64,000 nucleotides of DNA. It comes from Parcubacteria group bacterium Gr01-1014_31. Its GTDB lineage: Bacteria; Patescibacteriota; Patescibacteriia; Buchananbacterales; GWA2-38-13. The notes beneath the pieces are model-generated. The model searched no databases. It had not been told where the DNA came from and saw only the letters and a list, made by a program, of their open reading frames with translations. Where the stretch lies: NCBI GenBank assembly GCA_007376135.1, contig VMFR01000001.1:142554-206553 (forward strand), in the 5' to 3' direction. Both the position numbers and the translations under genes were made by a program. How positions within the stretch are numbered: the stretch's first letter is position 1; each line of letters begins with the position of its first letter. This document shows, piece after piece, positions 53,038-62,760 of this stretch.

Positions 53038-55753
53038 CGGTCACCAAGCGGTCGTGGTACTGCAGTACCGAGCCCTGCTGGCTCAGCTGTTCGCCGGCCG
53101 CCGGGTACGTCGTGCGTACGGTTTGGGCTCCGCCAAGGCGCAGGATCGAGAGCAGCTCGTCGCCCAACGTCCCGGGCTGCTTCTGTGCCAGCAGCGTGTA
53201 GGCATAATTGGCTTGGGCCAGCGTGAACGGCAGCCGATACACCAGCGTCGCGGATCTTTGCTCCCCTGGTTTCACCGCCAGCCAATGGGCAAAGACCGTT
53301 TTGCCCATTTCTTCATACGTCTCAACACCGGACAACGGGTCGCGCCGATGGGAACTCTCCACCGCCAAAAGGTCGGCGTCCTGAGAAAAACCAGGCTCGT
53401 CGGGCTCAAAAACGGCTCCCTCCGGCACCGCGAATCCTTCGGCGGTCAAGAGTTCGCTGCCGCGCGGGACGTACACGCGCACCCAGCTGTTGTTCTGCAC
53501 GCCGCTGAACGGATCGCTGCGGCTCCCTTGGTGCGTACGGGTAACGGTCAGCGTCACCACGAGCTGGCCGTCGGCGCCGACCATGACATCGTGGCGCAGG
53601 CTGGTCTGCACCACCCGGTCGGTCTTGCCTCCGGCGATATTGGTATTCACGACCATCAGGTAATCGCTCAGCCCCGAGGGCACCAACCGGCCGGTCCACC
53701 CCAGGTCGTCCATGATCTGCTGGGCCTGCTCATCGGTGCTATACACCATCAGATGACGTTCCTTGACGGCCGCATACATGACCGTCAGGAGGCGCTGCCG
53801 CTGCTCCGCGGTCAATTGCTGCATGCGCTCCAGGATCTTTGGCGCCAGTTGGCCGACGAACAGTTTCGGTTGATTCAGCGTCCGGTCGTACTCGACCTCG
53901 ACGATCTGCTGTGTCTCGGCGGTGAAATTCTCCGACGTGATGGTGCGGCCGTACTCCGGCATCGGGATCGGGCCGACAACCTCCAGAATGCGCTCCAAGA
54001 CGGTGTTCGTCACGCCGATCACGCCATCAACGCTGCCGCCCCGGGACTGCTCGATGAACCACGCCGCCTTGCGCGCGCTGGTCGGAAAATCCGGCCACCA
54101 GTTAGCGTCGTGAAATTCCCAGCGCGGATTGATGAGGTGCAGCGGTTCGGGCGACCGCACCAGCGCCAGCAGCTGTCCCTGCAGATCGTAGGTACCGCCG
54201 CCCGGAATCTCCAGGTTGGTGATGCGACCGTCCTCGACGTCCATCAGCGCGAAGCTGCCGACAAACCCGCCGGTGGCGCGCAGCTCCGTGTTGTTCTGAA
54301 AGAGCAGCAGATACCGCTGCCACTGGTCGCTCCCCAGCAACCGCAACACGGAACGGGTAATGGCCGCGGTGTCCAGCAGCGTGGATTCCAGTTCCGGCAG
54401 CGCCCGTACCGCGCGTAAAAATTCATCACGGGTGCCAAGCCCAAGCGTTTGGACCCCGACGTCATCCAGCACGCTCCGCGCCTGGGCAACGGCCGGCAAG
54501 GCCACGGCAAGATTCGTGTTCAGGTCGACGATCGCATCCAATGCCGACGGCCAGTCGGACCACCCGTCGCGCTGGTCAACCGCGGCCATACTGGAAGAAA
54601 AACGCTGTCCGACCTGGGCGAGCTGCTCCCCGGCGGAAAGTAACGAAAGCCCTGCGGTGAGCGTCCGCCGGCCCTGGGGGACGATCTGCAGCAGCGCGCG
54701 AGTAAAGAAATCAAGCCCCTCGTACTCGCCTCGGGCCGACTGGAATTCACGCTCTGCGCGCTGAAAGGCATCGGCTGCGGCCGCCAGGCGGAATTCTCGC
54801 AAGTGCTCCTTGCCGGACCATAGCGCGCTCAGCGCGGAAGCGGAATATCCCATCAGCCGGTCCCGCACGTCCGACACCTCCTGGTAGTAGACCCCGATCT
54901 GGATCGGCAGCAGCATGATTACGCAGGCCGTAATGAACTGCAGCGACCAACGCGCCAATCCGGAATGCGGCAACGGGTCGCTCGTCGGCAGCCCAACGGA
55001 TGGGGCCTCGCCCGGCCGAAACACGGCCTCCGTCGGCCGCTGGTTGTAGCGCGATTGCAGCACGCGCTGCTGGCGCTTCAGCGTCCGAAGACGGAATGGC
55101 CAGTAGAGCGCGCGGATCGGCCACGTCGCGGTACGCACCACCCCGGTCACGGACAACGCATTGACCCGAGCCAGGCGCTGCGTGCCGACGGATGGCGGCA
55201 AGGGAGCTTCCGCAGGAATTTCCTCGTGGGTTGCCATTGCGGGTTGGGCAGGGATATCCTGGGCCAGGATTCGAAGCTCTGGTCGCGGCGGCAGCCGGAG
55301 ATTCCCGGCCGCATCGAACAGGTCGGCCGTCTCCACTTGGGCCGCAACGGGTATTTCAAATGTTGCGGGCAGCCCGGGCAATTCAGCCTCCGCGGGGGAT
55401 CGAACGGCCTCAACCTCCTCGTTCACGGACGGCAACGCCTGCGGCGTCTCCCTATGAACGGCCGCTGGCGGAACGGCGCCAACCTCATTCACCCATACCG
55501 CAATTGCCGGGGTGGGCGGTCCCGACGGCGCCGCCGATACTGCACCGCTGACCGCCGCCGGCGGATTGTCTCCCCGGCGTTCAACAGCAGCGGCCGCAAC
55601 CACGGCTACCGTTGCCGGTTGCAAGGACGCGGCTACGCTCTTTTTCGGCAGCATACGTTTTTTCGAAAAAACACGGCCCCGCCGAATCGCAACCTTTCGA
55701 CGGGTTGCGCGGGCCGAACGTATCGCTTTTTTTATTTTTTTTACTCGCTTCAT
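53000..55753 (-). CDS. DUF4012 domain membrane protein
   Basis: K/R-rich and P/A-rich N-terminus, one TM, and the DUF4012 signature (LFQNNTELRATGGFVGSFALMDVEDGRITNLEIPGGGTYDLQG). Start placed at MKRVKK (55753), overlapping the upstream GT4 stop as ATGA. Confidence 0.6.
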   Translation of the reverse strand: MKRVKKIKKAIRSARATRRKVAIRRGRVFSKKRMLPKKSVAASLQPATVAVVAAAAVERRGDNPPAAVSGAVSAAPSGPPTPAIAVWVNEVGAVPPAAVHRETPQALPSVNEEVEAVRSPAEAELPGLPATFEIPVAAQVETADLFDAAGNLRLPPRPELRILAQDIPAQPAMATHEEIPAEAPLPPSVGTQRLARVNALSVTGVVRTATWPIRALYWPFRLRTLKRQQRVLQSRYNQRPTEAVFRPGEAPSVGLPTSDPLPHSGLARWSLQFITACVIMLLPIQIGVYYQEVSDVRDRLMGYSASALSALWSGKEHLREFRLAAAADAFQRAEREFQSARGEYEGLDFFTRALLQIVPQGRRTLTAGLSLLSAGEQLAQVGQRFSSSMAAVDQRDGWSDWPSALDAIVDLNTNLAVALPAVAQARSVLDDVGVQTLGLGTRDEFLRAVRALPELESTLLDTAAITRSVLRLLGSDQWQRYLLLFQNNTELRATGGFVGSFALMDVEDGRITNLEIPGGGTYDLQGQLLALVRSPEPLHLINPRWEFHDANWWPDFPTSARKAAWFIEQSRGGSVDGVIGVTNTVLERILEVVGPIPMPEYGRTITSENFTAETQQIVEVEYDRTLNQPKLFVGQLAPKILERMQQLTAEQRQRLLTVMYAAVKERHLMVYSTDEQAQQIMDDLGWTGRLVPSGLSDYLMVVNTNIAGGKTDRVVQTSLRHDVMVGADGQLVVTLTVTRTHQGSRSDPFSGVQNNSWVRVYVPRGSELLTAEGFAVPEGAVFEPDEPGFSQDADLLAVESSHRRDPLSGVETYEEMGKTVFAHWLAVKPGEQRSATLVYRLPFTLAQANYAYTLLAQKQPGTLGDELLSILRLGGAQTVRTTYPAAGEQLSQQGSVLQYHDRLVTDAFWGTTITVAP

Positions 55754-56883
55754 TTGAAAGTCATCAGGGCTTCTCGATAGATGTCCCACGTTTTCTGCGC
55801 CGTAACGTCCCACCGGTAACGGGAAACCACCGAGGACGAAATCGTTCGTACTTTCGCTCGTTCATTCTCGTCCAGCAGCAGCCGCATCACCTTGGCCATC
55901 TCCACCGGCTGGTCGGGGGGGAAGTATCGGCCCGCATCGCCGATGATCTCCGGCACGCTGGTGGTCTGCGATGCGGCAACCGGCGTTCCGCAGGCGAGCG
56001 ACTCAACGGCGATCAGCCCGAACCCCTCGGAAAATGACGGCACAACCGTCATGACCGCCCCCTGGAACAACGCGGGCAGGTCGGCATCCGGAATGAACCC
56101 CGGCGTCACGATCGATCCGGTCTCATCGTGCGCCAATGCCGCGGCGATCTTTTCGTCCTCTCCCTGGCGCGCACCGCCTAATACCAGTTGGCCGCGAAAA
56201 CCGAATGTTTTCCGCAGTTCGCCAAAGGCCGCGATCAACCCGGGCAGATTCTTGTGGTCGCGCCAGACCCCGGTGTAAAAAAGGTACGGCTGAGCGATGT
56301 GATACCGCTCCAGCGTGGCTTTGATTATACCATAATCCCTGGCCGGCTGGAACGAGGGCGCAACTCCGGGGTAGACTACCCGGATATTGGGCGCGCCGCG
56401 CGGCCAGCGCTGCGCCAGCGCCATGGCGGTAGAGCGGGAAACCGCGATCACCCGGACGGCCCGCCGGATGGCGGAACTCATGACCTGCCGGTAGGCCGCG
56501 CGGCGCCACCACCACCGCCGCTGGTTGGGGCCCGGAAAATCGAACGGCGTAAGGTCGTGGACGGTAACTACGAATTTTCCGCGAAAACGCAAAGGAATAT
56601 TGAAATTCGGAAAATGCCAGAGGTCGCACCGCTGGGCGGAAAGTATGGACGGAAGCTGCAGTTGTTCGCGCCAGCTGTACCAGGGGATATCCGACGTCAC
56701 CACTTTCACCATGTCGTGGCGCGGCAGCCGTGCCGCATCAGGCTCGCGCACCAGCACCACCAGCTCATCATTGCCGATGCTCGCCGCCAGCGCCTGCACC
56801 AGCTGTTGGACGTAGATGCCAATACCGGTCACCCCGCTGCCGAACATTCTGGCGTCAATGCCGATACGCATACTCAAACACAC
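55750..56883 (-). CDS. glycosyltransferase family 4
   Basis: EGFGLIAVESLACGTPVAASQTTSVPEI. Confidence 0.8.
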   Translation of the reverse strand: MCLSMRIGIDARMFGSGVTGIGIYVQQLVQALAASIGNDELVVLVREPDAARLPRHDMVKVVTSDIPWYSWREQLQLPSILSAQRCDLWHFPNFNIPLRFRGKFVVTVHDLTPFDFPGPNQRRWWWRRAAYRQVMSSAIRRAVRVIAVSRSTAMALAQRWPRGAPNIRVVYPGVAPSFQPARDYGIIKATLERYHIAQPYLFYTGVWRDHKNLPGLIAAFGELRKTFGFRGQLVLGGARQGEDEKIAAALAHDETGSIVTPGFIPDADLPALFQGAVMTVVPSFSEGFGLIAVESLACGTPVAASQTTSVPEIIGDAGRYFPPDQPVEMAKVMRLLLDENERAKVRTISSSVVSRYRWDVTAQKTWDIYREALMTFK

Positions 56884-58040
56884 AGCCGCGCGATAACCGG
56901 CGCCGTTTTACGCGCGGTTTCATCCCAAGAAAAATCCTGCGCCCGCAAACGTCCGGCCGCCGACAACCGGCGGGCGAAGCCGTCATCGCCAAGAACCGCA
57001 TCTAATCCTTCCGCGATCGACGAAATGTCATACGGATCAACCAGCACCCCGGCCGAGCCGACCACCTCCGGCAGGGAGGTTGCGCTGGATGCGATCACCG
57101 GCGTCCCGGCCGCCATCGCCTCCAGCGCCGGCAACCCGAACCCTTCATAGTACGAAGGATAGGCCAGGCACGCCGCCATCTGGTACAGCGCCGGCCGGTC
57201 CTCTCGCGCGACATACCCGAGGAAATGGATGCGTGCCGGTCGCCGTGATCCCGCCGCTTGGCGATAGAGAGTTTCGGCGCGCCAAACCGGGCGCCCGACG
57301 ATGACCAGGTCGGCGTCGGGCTGCAATCGGTCATAGGCCCGGATCAGGCTGCCAAGATTCTTCCGGGGTTCGAGATTGCCGACCGCCAGCACGAACCGGC
57401 CCGGCAAGCGGTAGCGTTGCGCGATCTCCCGCCGCCGTGGAGATGGCACCTCTTGAGCGCATGCCGGGTCATACCCGAGGTACGCCACCGTGATGCGATC
57501 TGCCGGCACGCGGTAACGGTCCTCCAGCTCGCGCCGGGTGTGCTCGGAGTTCACGACGATCTGAGACGCGCGTTGGCAAAGCCAGCGCGGATCGATGATG
57601 GCATGCCAGAACCTGGCCTTGGGTGAAAAGAACTCTGGATAACGCTCGAAGGATAGGTCCGCGATGCTGATCCCCAGCGGCGTTGCGGGACGCAGCGCCA
57701 CCGATTGGAGGCTGGGGAGAAAAACGGCGCGCGCGTTGGCCATGATGTCCAACCGCGGACGATGCAGGAACCGCACCGCCGCATTGAGCGCTTTACTGGG
57801 CGCGTTGATCTCAAAAATATCGGCGTTCGGCGCGGCCAACTCGGGCAGCCGCACCGGCCGCCGGCTGGTCCAGCACCACCGGTAGTGCAGCCGCGGCGTC
57901 AGTCGGGGCAGACGCATCAAAAGATGGTAGACATACTCGCCCACCCCCGAACGATACGACTCGGCTAAACACCGCGCATCCACGGCGACCACCGGCGCTC
58001 TACTTGACCCTGGCGTCGTTGCGCGACTAGAATGACCCAT
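56874..58040 (-). CDS. glycosyltransferase family 4
   Basis: YYEGFGLPALEAMAAGTPVIASSATSLPEVVG. Confidence 0.8.
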   Translation of the reverse strand: MGHSSRATTPGSSRAPVVAVDARCLAESYRSGVGEYVYHLLMRLPRLTPRLHYRWCWTSRRPVRLPELAAPNADIFEINAPSKALNAAVRFLHRPRLDIMANARAVFLPSLQSVALRPATPLGISIADLSFERYPEFFSPKARFWHAIIDPRWLCQRASQIVVNSEHTRRELEDRYRVPADRITVAYLGYDPACAQEVPSPRRREIAQRYRLPGRFVLAVGNLEPRKNLGSLIRAYDRLQPDADLVIVGRPVWRAETLYRQAAGSRRPARIHFLGYVAREDRPALYQMAACLAYPSYYEGFGLPALEAMAAGTPVIASSATSLPEVVGSAGVLVDPYDISSIAEGLDAVLGDDGFARRLSAAGRLRAQDFSWDETARKTAPVIARLCV

Positions 58041-58195
58041 ACCCGGGAGTACAACGGTCGTGCATATCTTCGTTCCGATTACTTCCTAAAATTGCCCTTG
58101 GTAGCATTTCGTTGCCCGCTGGCTCGTTGTACGACTGGGCATAGCTGTTTGAAAATTCACCCAACCTTTTTCTCTTTCCCTGAAAGGAGGCTACC

Positions 58196-58810
58196 GTGCC
58201 GTACCGCATCATCCCGAACGGGCTCACGCTCTCGCGGATCATCCTCGCCCTGCCCTTCTTCTTGGTGGCCTACGCTTCGGCCGACCGCCCCTGGTGCCAT
58301 ACGCTGGCCCTTTTCCTCTTTGCCTTCATCATCCTGACCGATTTTCTGGACGGTCGACTGGCGCGGCGCTGGAACGCCGTCTCCCTGATGGGCAAGGAGC
58401 TCGATCCCATCGCCGACAAGGCAGTCGTTGCGGCGGCGTACATCGTGCTCGCTTCCTTGCACAGCAATAACTGGCTGTTGCCGGTCCTCGCCTTCGTGCT
58501 CATCTTCCGTGACTTCCTTGTCAGCCTCCTGCGCGGGTTCGCTGCCCGCTGCCAAACCGTCATTGCTGCCCGTCAAAGCGGCAAACTCCGCACCGCCCTC
58601 TCCCTCAGCCTCGCTTTTCTCCTCCTCGCCCGCATTCCCTACCGCACGACGCAGCCGCCCTGGCTGCTCCAACTCCCGAACGCCATTCCCGGGGTCATCA
58701 TTGACGCCGGACTGTGGGTTCTCCTGCTGTGGACCGTCTATTCGCTCTTCGATTACTGGCGCGCCAACCGCAACGTCGTCTGGCAAGTTCTCAATGCACC
58801 CCAAGGGTAA
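58196..58810 (+). CDS. CDP-alcohol phosphatidyltransferase (PgsA-like)
   Basis: DGRLARRWNAVSLMGKELDPIADK matches the D-G-x2-A-R...G-x3-D-x3-D signature. GTG start after GAAAGGAGG. Confidence 0.75.
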   Translation: MPYRIIPNGLTLSRIILALPFFLVAYASADRPWCHTLALFLFAFIILTDFLDGRLARRWNAVSLMGKELDPIADKAVVAAAYIVLASLHSNNWLLPVLAFVLIFRDFLVSLLRGFAARCQTVIAARQSGKLRTALSLSLAFLLLARIPYRTTQPPWLLQLPNAIPGVIIDAGLWVLLLWTVYSLFDYWRANRNVVWQVLNAPQG

Positions 58811-58842
58811 CTCCCGGTACCTTCCTGCCCAGGGCTGCCACG

Positions 58843-60045
58843 TCAGCCCTGGCTCTTTTTTTTACTCTCCGCGACGGTTCCGGAGGCCGGGGCAATGACC
58901 GCACGGCCCTCGCGCAGCGCGTCGCTCACCTGATGCACGTGCGAACGCCGTTCCAGCAGCCGTTGCGCTTCCCGCTCGATGACCGCTTTGATGCGATCCC
59001 GGAAGTGCGCCGCACTGAACTGCTCGGCGTGTTTCCGGATGACGGCAGAGGAATACCGCGCGGGCTCAAAACGCATCACCGCGTCGGCCAACGACTCCCA
59101 AGACTGCTCATCGAACAGCATCCCCGTCCTGCCGGCAATGACCGTTTCCATGGAACCGCCCGCGGCAAAGGCAATGACGGGTCGGCCGGCGGCCATCGCC
59201 TCTATTGCCGTGATGCCGAAATCCTCCACCTGGGGCTGAATGAACGCCAAACACCGCGCGTAGCGGTCGGCCAGTTCCTCGTGCGGCAGCCGGCCCAGGA
59301 ACGTCACATTGGGTTTGGACATCGCGCGTAATTTCTCCGATTCCGGACCGTCGCCAAAGACCTGGAGCGGCATGCCCAGCCGGTTGAACGCGGAAACGAC
59401 CAGGTCGAACCGTTTATACGGCACCAGGCGTCCGCCCGTCAAAAAATAGCGGTCCGGCTGCGCCGCCATGTGGAATCGATCCACCTCCACGGGCGGATAG
59501 ATGACTTCCGACTCGCGCCGGTAGTACTTGGCGATGCGCTCGGCGACGTTGCGCGAATTAGCGATAAATACGTCCACGCGGTTGGCCGCGAGCTGGTCCC
59601 AGAGACGGAGGCGCGTCAGGATGCGGCGGATCTCCCACTTCACGAATCGCGGGTACGGCAGATCGTTGACGTACTGATGCGTGTCCGACCACAGATAGCG
59701 GGTTGGCGTATGGCAGTAGCACACGTGTACGGTGTTGGAACGGGTAATGACGCCCTTGGCCAGCGCCGAACATGAGGATAACACCACGTCGTACGCGCGC
59801 AGGTCATAGCTCTCGGTCGCGGTCGGCATCAACGGCAGATACCACTGCGGATGTCTCCGGGCCCAGGGAAAATGCTGGAGAAAGGAAGGGATGATGCGGT
59901 GGCCGGCAAACAGGTGACGAAGCCGCTCTTCGTTATACACCAAAGTGTAGGTCGGGGCCTGGGGCCAGATCTGCTGAAATACCTGCAGCACGCGTTCGGC
60001 GCCGCCTTCCTGCGTCAGGTGGTCGTGGACAAGCGCGAGTTTCAT
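58843..60045 (-). CDS. glycosyltransferase family 4
   Basis: GITAIEAMAAGRPVIAFAAGGSMETV. Start placed at MKLALVHD (60045), overlapping the upstream stop as ATGA. Confidence 0.75.
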   Translation of the reverse strand: MKLALVHDHLTQEGGAERVLQVFQQIWPQAPTYTLVYNEERLRHLFAGHRIIPSFLQHFPWARRHPQWYLPLMPTATESYDLRAYDVVLSSCSALAKGVITRSNTVHVCYCHTPTRYLWSDTHQYVNDLPYPRFVKWEIRRILTRLRLWDQLAANRVDVFIANSRNVAERIAKYYRRESEVIYPPVEVDRFHMAAQPDRYFLTGGRLVPYKRFDLVVSAFNRLGMPLQVFGDGPESEKLRAMSKPNVTFLGRLPHEELADRYARCLAFIQPQVEDFGITAIEAMAAGRPVIAFAAGGSMETVIAGRTGMLFDEQSWESLADAVMRFEPARYSSAVIRKHAEQFSAAHFRDRIKAVIEREAQRLLERRSHVHQVSDALREGRAVIAPASGTVAESKKKSQG

Positions 60046-61451
60046 ACATTGGGCATTCGGCGGCGGCGGACGATCGCCCATGGGGTCTTGAGCAGCGTCT
60101 GCAGGTCCAGCCATGGCGACCAGTTCTGGATGTAATAGCTGTCGAGCTTGACCTCCTCGCCGAAATCCAAAGGCCAGCGGCCGCTGACCTGCGCGAGGCC
60201 CGTGATGCCCGGCCGCACGTCCAAAAGCTGCCGTTGCACCCGGCTGTAGCGGGCAACCTCCTCCAATTCGTGCGGACGCGGCCCGACCAGGCTCATGGTG
60301 CCGCGGAGCACCAAAAATAGTTGCGGTAATTCGTCCATGCTCCACCGCCGGATGAGGCGTCCGACGCGCGTCACCCGCGGGTCGTTGGCGAATTTGATCA
60401 TTGGGGTGCCCTCGCGCAAATTTTTCTGCTGCGCGGCGAACGCGGGATCATAGCGCAACTGGTGCGCGTTGTGAACCATGGAACGGAATTTAATGAAACG
60501 GAAGCGGCGGCCGCGTTCCCCCACCCGGTCGTAGCTGAAGAGCGCGGGAAGCCCGGAGTCCAGCACGACCGCCACGGCAATGACGGCCATCAGCGGCAGC
60601 AGCAGGACGATCAATGCGGCCGCAACAATGATATCGAAACCCCGTTTCCAAATTTTCCCCCACCCGTCCAGCGGCGTGCGCTTCACTTCCACCATCGGCA
60701 CGCCGGCCTGGATGATGACCTGGAAATTCGCGACCTTGGTCCCGAGCAGGTCGGCCGTATAAGTATAATCCAAATGGTGCTCCTGGGTCAGCGCCAGCAG
60801 CTCCAGCGTTTGCTGCTGGTTCAGGTTGGGACCGGCCTGCACCACTTCGTCGATCTTGTCCTCGCGCGCCAGTCCGGTGATCTCCTGCGCGACGGACGGC
60901 GCGAAATCCGGGAACTGCGCGACGATGCGGTACCCCAGCGTGGGCCGCCTGGTGAATTCGCGCCGCAGGTCGGCGGCCACGCCGTTGCCGCCGATCAGCA
61001 CGAGCCGGTGCACGCCGATCCCCCACTGGTACAACACCCGCTGCAGCGAGCGGATCGCCACCCGCACCAAAAAGACGAACAGGACCGATAGCACCCACGC
61101 GCCCAGTAAAATGAAACGCGAGTCAAAAAGATAACGGGTGAAGAACATCACCGCCATCACTCCCGCCAAACACGTCGAACAGCCGAGCGCTATCTTTGCC
61201 AGTTCGTCGAACAGCCGGCGGTTGGGCGTAATGCGGTACAGGCCGGCGATCGCGAACACCAGTATCCCCGCAGCGCTGGCCAGCGCCGCCCACGGCAAAT
61301 ACGCGCCAAGCGGCAAACTGAAAATGACCGGGCGGATGACGCGCACCTGCGGCAGAAAACGGATCTGGTACGCGACCGCAGTTGCCGCCAGCAGCGCCAG
61401 ATAATCCAGCGGAACTGCCGCCGCGGAGAAAAATAGTTCGGAACGTTTCAT
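60042..61451 (-). CDS. polyprenyl-phosphate glycosyl-1-phosphate transferase (bacterial sugar transferase, WbaP/CpsE family)
   Basis: Five N-terminal TM helices and a C-terminal catalytic domain (LRGTMSLVGPRPHELEE; DGLPQL-type motif). Confidence 0.8.
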   Translation of the reverse strand: MKRSELFFSAAAVPLDYLALLAATAVAYQIRFLPQVRVIRPVIFSLPLGAYLPWAALASAAGILVFAIAGLYRITPNRRLFDELAKIALGCSTCLAGVMAVMFFTRYLFDSRFILLGAWVLSVLFVFLVRVAIRSLQRVLYQWGIGVHRLVLIGGNGVAADLRREFTRRPTLGYRIVAQFPDFAPSVAQEITGLAREDKIDEVVQAGPNLNQQQTLELLALTQEHHLDYTYTADLLGTKVANFQVIIQAGVPMVEVKRTPLDGWGKIWKRGFDIIVAAALIVLLLPLMAVIAVAVVLDSGLPALFSYDRVGERGRRFRFIKFRSMVHNAHQLRYDPAFAAQQKNLREGTPMIKFANDPRVTRVGRLIRRWSMDELPQLFLVLRGTMSLVGPRPHELEEVARYSRVQRQLLDVRPGITGLAQVSGRWPLDFGEEVKLDSYYIQNWSPWLDLQTLLKTPWAIVRRRRMPNV

Positions 61452-61555
61452 GGTCCTTGGTCAGTTGTATGTAAAATCGCCCAAAAACGGTCGGAAATCC
61501 GTTGTGATTCTATCAAAATTGTTGGCTAAAAGCAACCACTTTTCTTGATTTTTCC

Positions 61556-61584
61556 TTGACAAGATTTCCCGCGCGTGGTATAAT
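61556..61584 (+). promoter_or_regulatory. consensus sigma70 promoter TTGACA-17-TATAAT driving rnpB
   Basis: -35 TTGACA (61556-61561) and -10 TATAAT (61579-61584); the P1 helix of RNase P RNA starts about 12 nt downstream. Confidence 0.7.
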
Positions 61585-61595
61585 TTTTCCGCTGT

Positions 61596-62030
61596 GGATA
61601 GCCAGGCGGTCGCTCCGATACACAATCGGAGAGGAAAGTCCGAACACCCTGGTTGTCAATTGACAATCTGTCGCGGTAGTGGGTAACGCCCACCCGGGCC
61701 GCAGCAATGCGGCTTGAGGACCAGTTCCACAGAGACCATACTAACCCCGAAGGGGTTATCCCGAGCGACGCCCGCAAGGGCGGAGTCGAGGGATCTCCCA
61801 TTCAGGGCAAAACGTGAAAAGTGTGGCGAGGTCATTGGCTACAAGTGGGAATTCCCGGTAGCTGACGGCTACGCTACTCCGCGCCCAGCGATGGGACGCG
61901 CGTGGTAAACTCTACCTGGTGCAATGCCAAGTTTGGTCGGCAGCATGAGGCCGCCAGCAATGACGGTCCCAGAGAGATGATCGCCACCCGCCTTCGGCGG
62001 GGACAGAATTCGGCTTACCGGCTATCTGCA
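61596..62030 (+). ncRNA. rnpB: RNase P RNA (bacterial type A)
   Basis: P4 hallmark GAGGAAAGTCCG, the 3' ACAGAATTCGGCTTA element, P1 pairing GGATAGCCAGG/CCGGCTATC, and GGTAACGCC (P6/P7 region). Confidence 0.8.
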
Positions 62031-62035
62031 GCAAT

Positions 62036-62068
62036 AAAAAACCCCGCCTCAGCGGGATTTTTTATTGC
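62036..62068 (+). terminator. rho-independent terminator after rnpB (extended palindrome)
   Basis: GCAATAAAAAA-CCCGC-CTCA-GCGGG-ATTTTTTATTGC. Confidence 0.65.
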
Positions 62069-62215
62069 CTAAAGCGTTTGCGTCCTGGTCTTTTTTCTGT
62101 CATTCGCCGTAACGGGTCGCGACCGCGATCACATCTTTGTCATAAGCGGCACGCTCGCAATCTGCGGCGTCGCGCTCATCCTGGGCTCCCGGCCCTAGTC
62201 TGCCCGTGGCAACGA

Positions 62216-62247
62216 AAAATCGCCCCTCCCGGGACGATTTTTTTGAC
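62216..62247 (-). terminator. putative terminator after rnhA
   Basis: Imperfect hairpin ATCGCCCC-TCCC-GGGACGAT with T-runs on both strands. Confidence 0.35.
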
Positions 62248-62261
62248 CGAAGGCAGAAAAA

Positions 62262-62657
62262 TCACGCGCCTGAGTCGATGGCCTCGTTCACCAGGCGGTC
62301 CGCTTCCTTGTTGCGCTCGCGCGGCACGTGGGCAAATTTCAAAAGTTTGAACTTCGACCGCAGATTCCATATTTTCACGAACAGCCGGCCCAGCTCCGCA
62401 TCCTTTATCTTATATTCCTGGTTCAATTGCCGCACGACGAGTTCCGAGTCAAGATAGAATTGCAATTCCTGCAGCCTGAGTTTTTCCGCTTCTTCCAGGG
62501 CCAACAGCACTGCCAGGTACTCGGCCTGGTTATTGGTCGCATGCCCGATGAATTTTTTAAAATGATGCGTCTTTCCCCCGACTTCAATAACGACGCCAAC
62601 TCCTGCGGGGCCGGGATTACCTCTCGCACCACCATCGGTGTGGATGATTGCCTGCAT
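62262..62657 (-). CDS. rnhA: ribonuclease HI
   Basis: DEDD catalytic residues in TDGGARGNPGPAG...NNQAEYLAVLLALE...RERNKEADRL. Confidence 0.85.
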   Translation of the reverse strand: MQAIIHTDGGARGNPGPAGVGVVIEVGGKTHHFKKFIGHATNNQAEYLAVLLALEEAEKLRLQELQFYLDSELVVRQLNQEYKIKDAELGRLFVKIWNLRSKFKLLKFAHVPRERNKEADRLVNEAIDSGA

Positions 62658-62659
62658 GT

Positions 62660-62760
62660 AGGTTCTATGTACTATGTTCTAAGTGCTAAGTGCGAACGAT
62701 TCACGACGGATTGATAACCGTACTTAGAACTTAGTACTTAGCACGTAGTACTTATACTCA
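62660..62760. repeat. AT-rich inverted arrays of heptamer repeats ((TNCTAWG)x4 ... (ACTTAGN)x5) in the recJ-rnhA intergenic region
   Basis: TTCTATG-TACTATG-TTCTAAG-TGCTAAG, then a 33-nt spacer, then ACTTAGA-ACTTAGT-ACTTAGC-ACGTAGT-ACTTATA. About 35% GC in a 65% GC genome. Confidence 0.6.

Noticed and set aside
52958-54418. 486-aa plus-strand ORF inside the DUF4012 gene
   Set aside because: Antisense high-GC frame with no motifs; the minus-strand DUF4012 signature is clear.
62660-62760. Possible CRISPR array
   Set aside because: The repeat units are only 7 nt and directly tandem or inverted, with no 25-40 nt repeats separated by unique spacers. No CRISPR array was found anywhere in the window.
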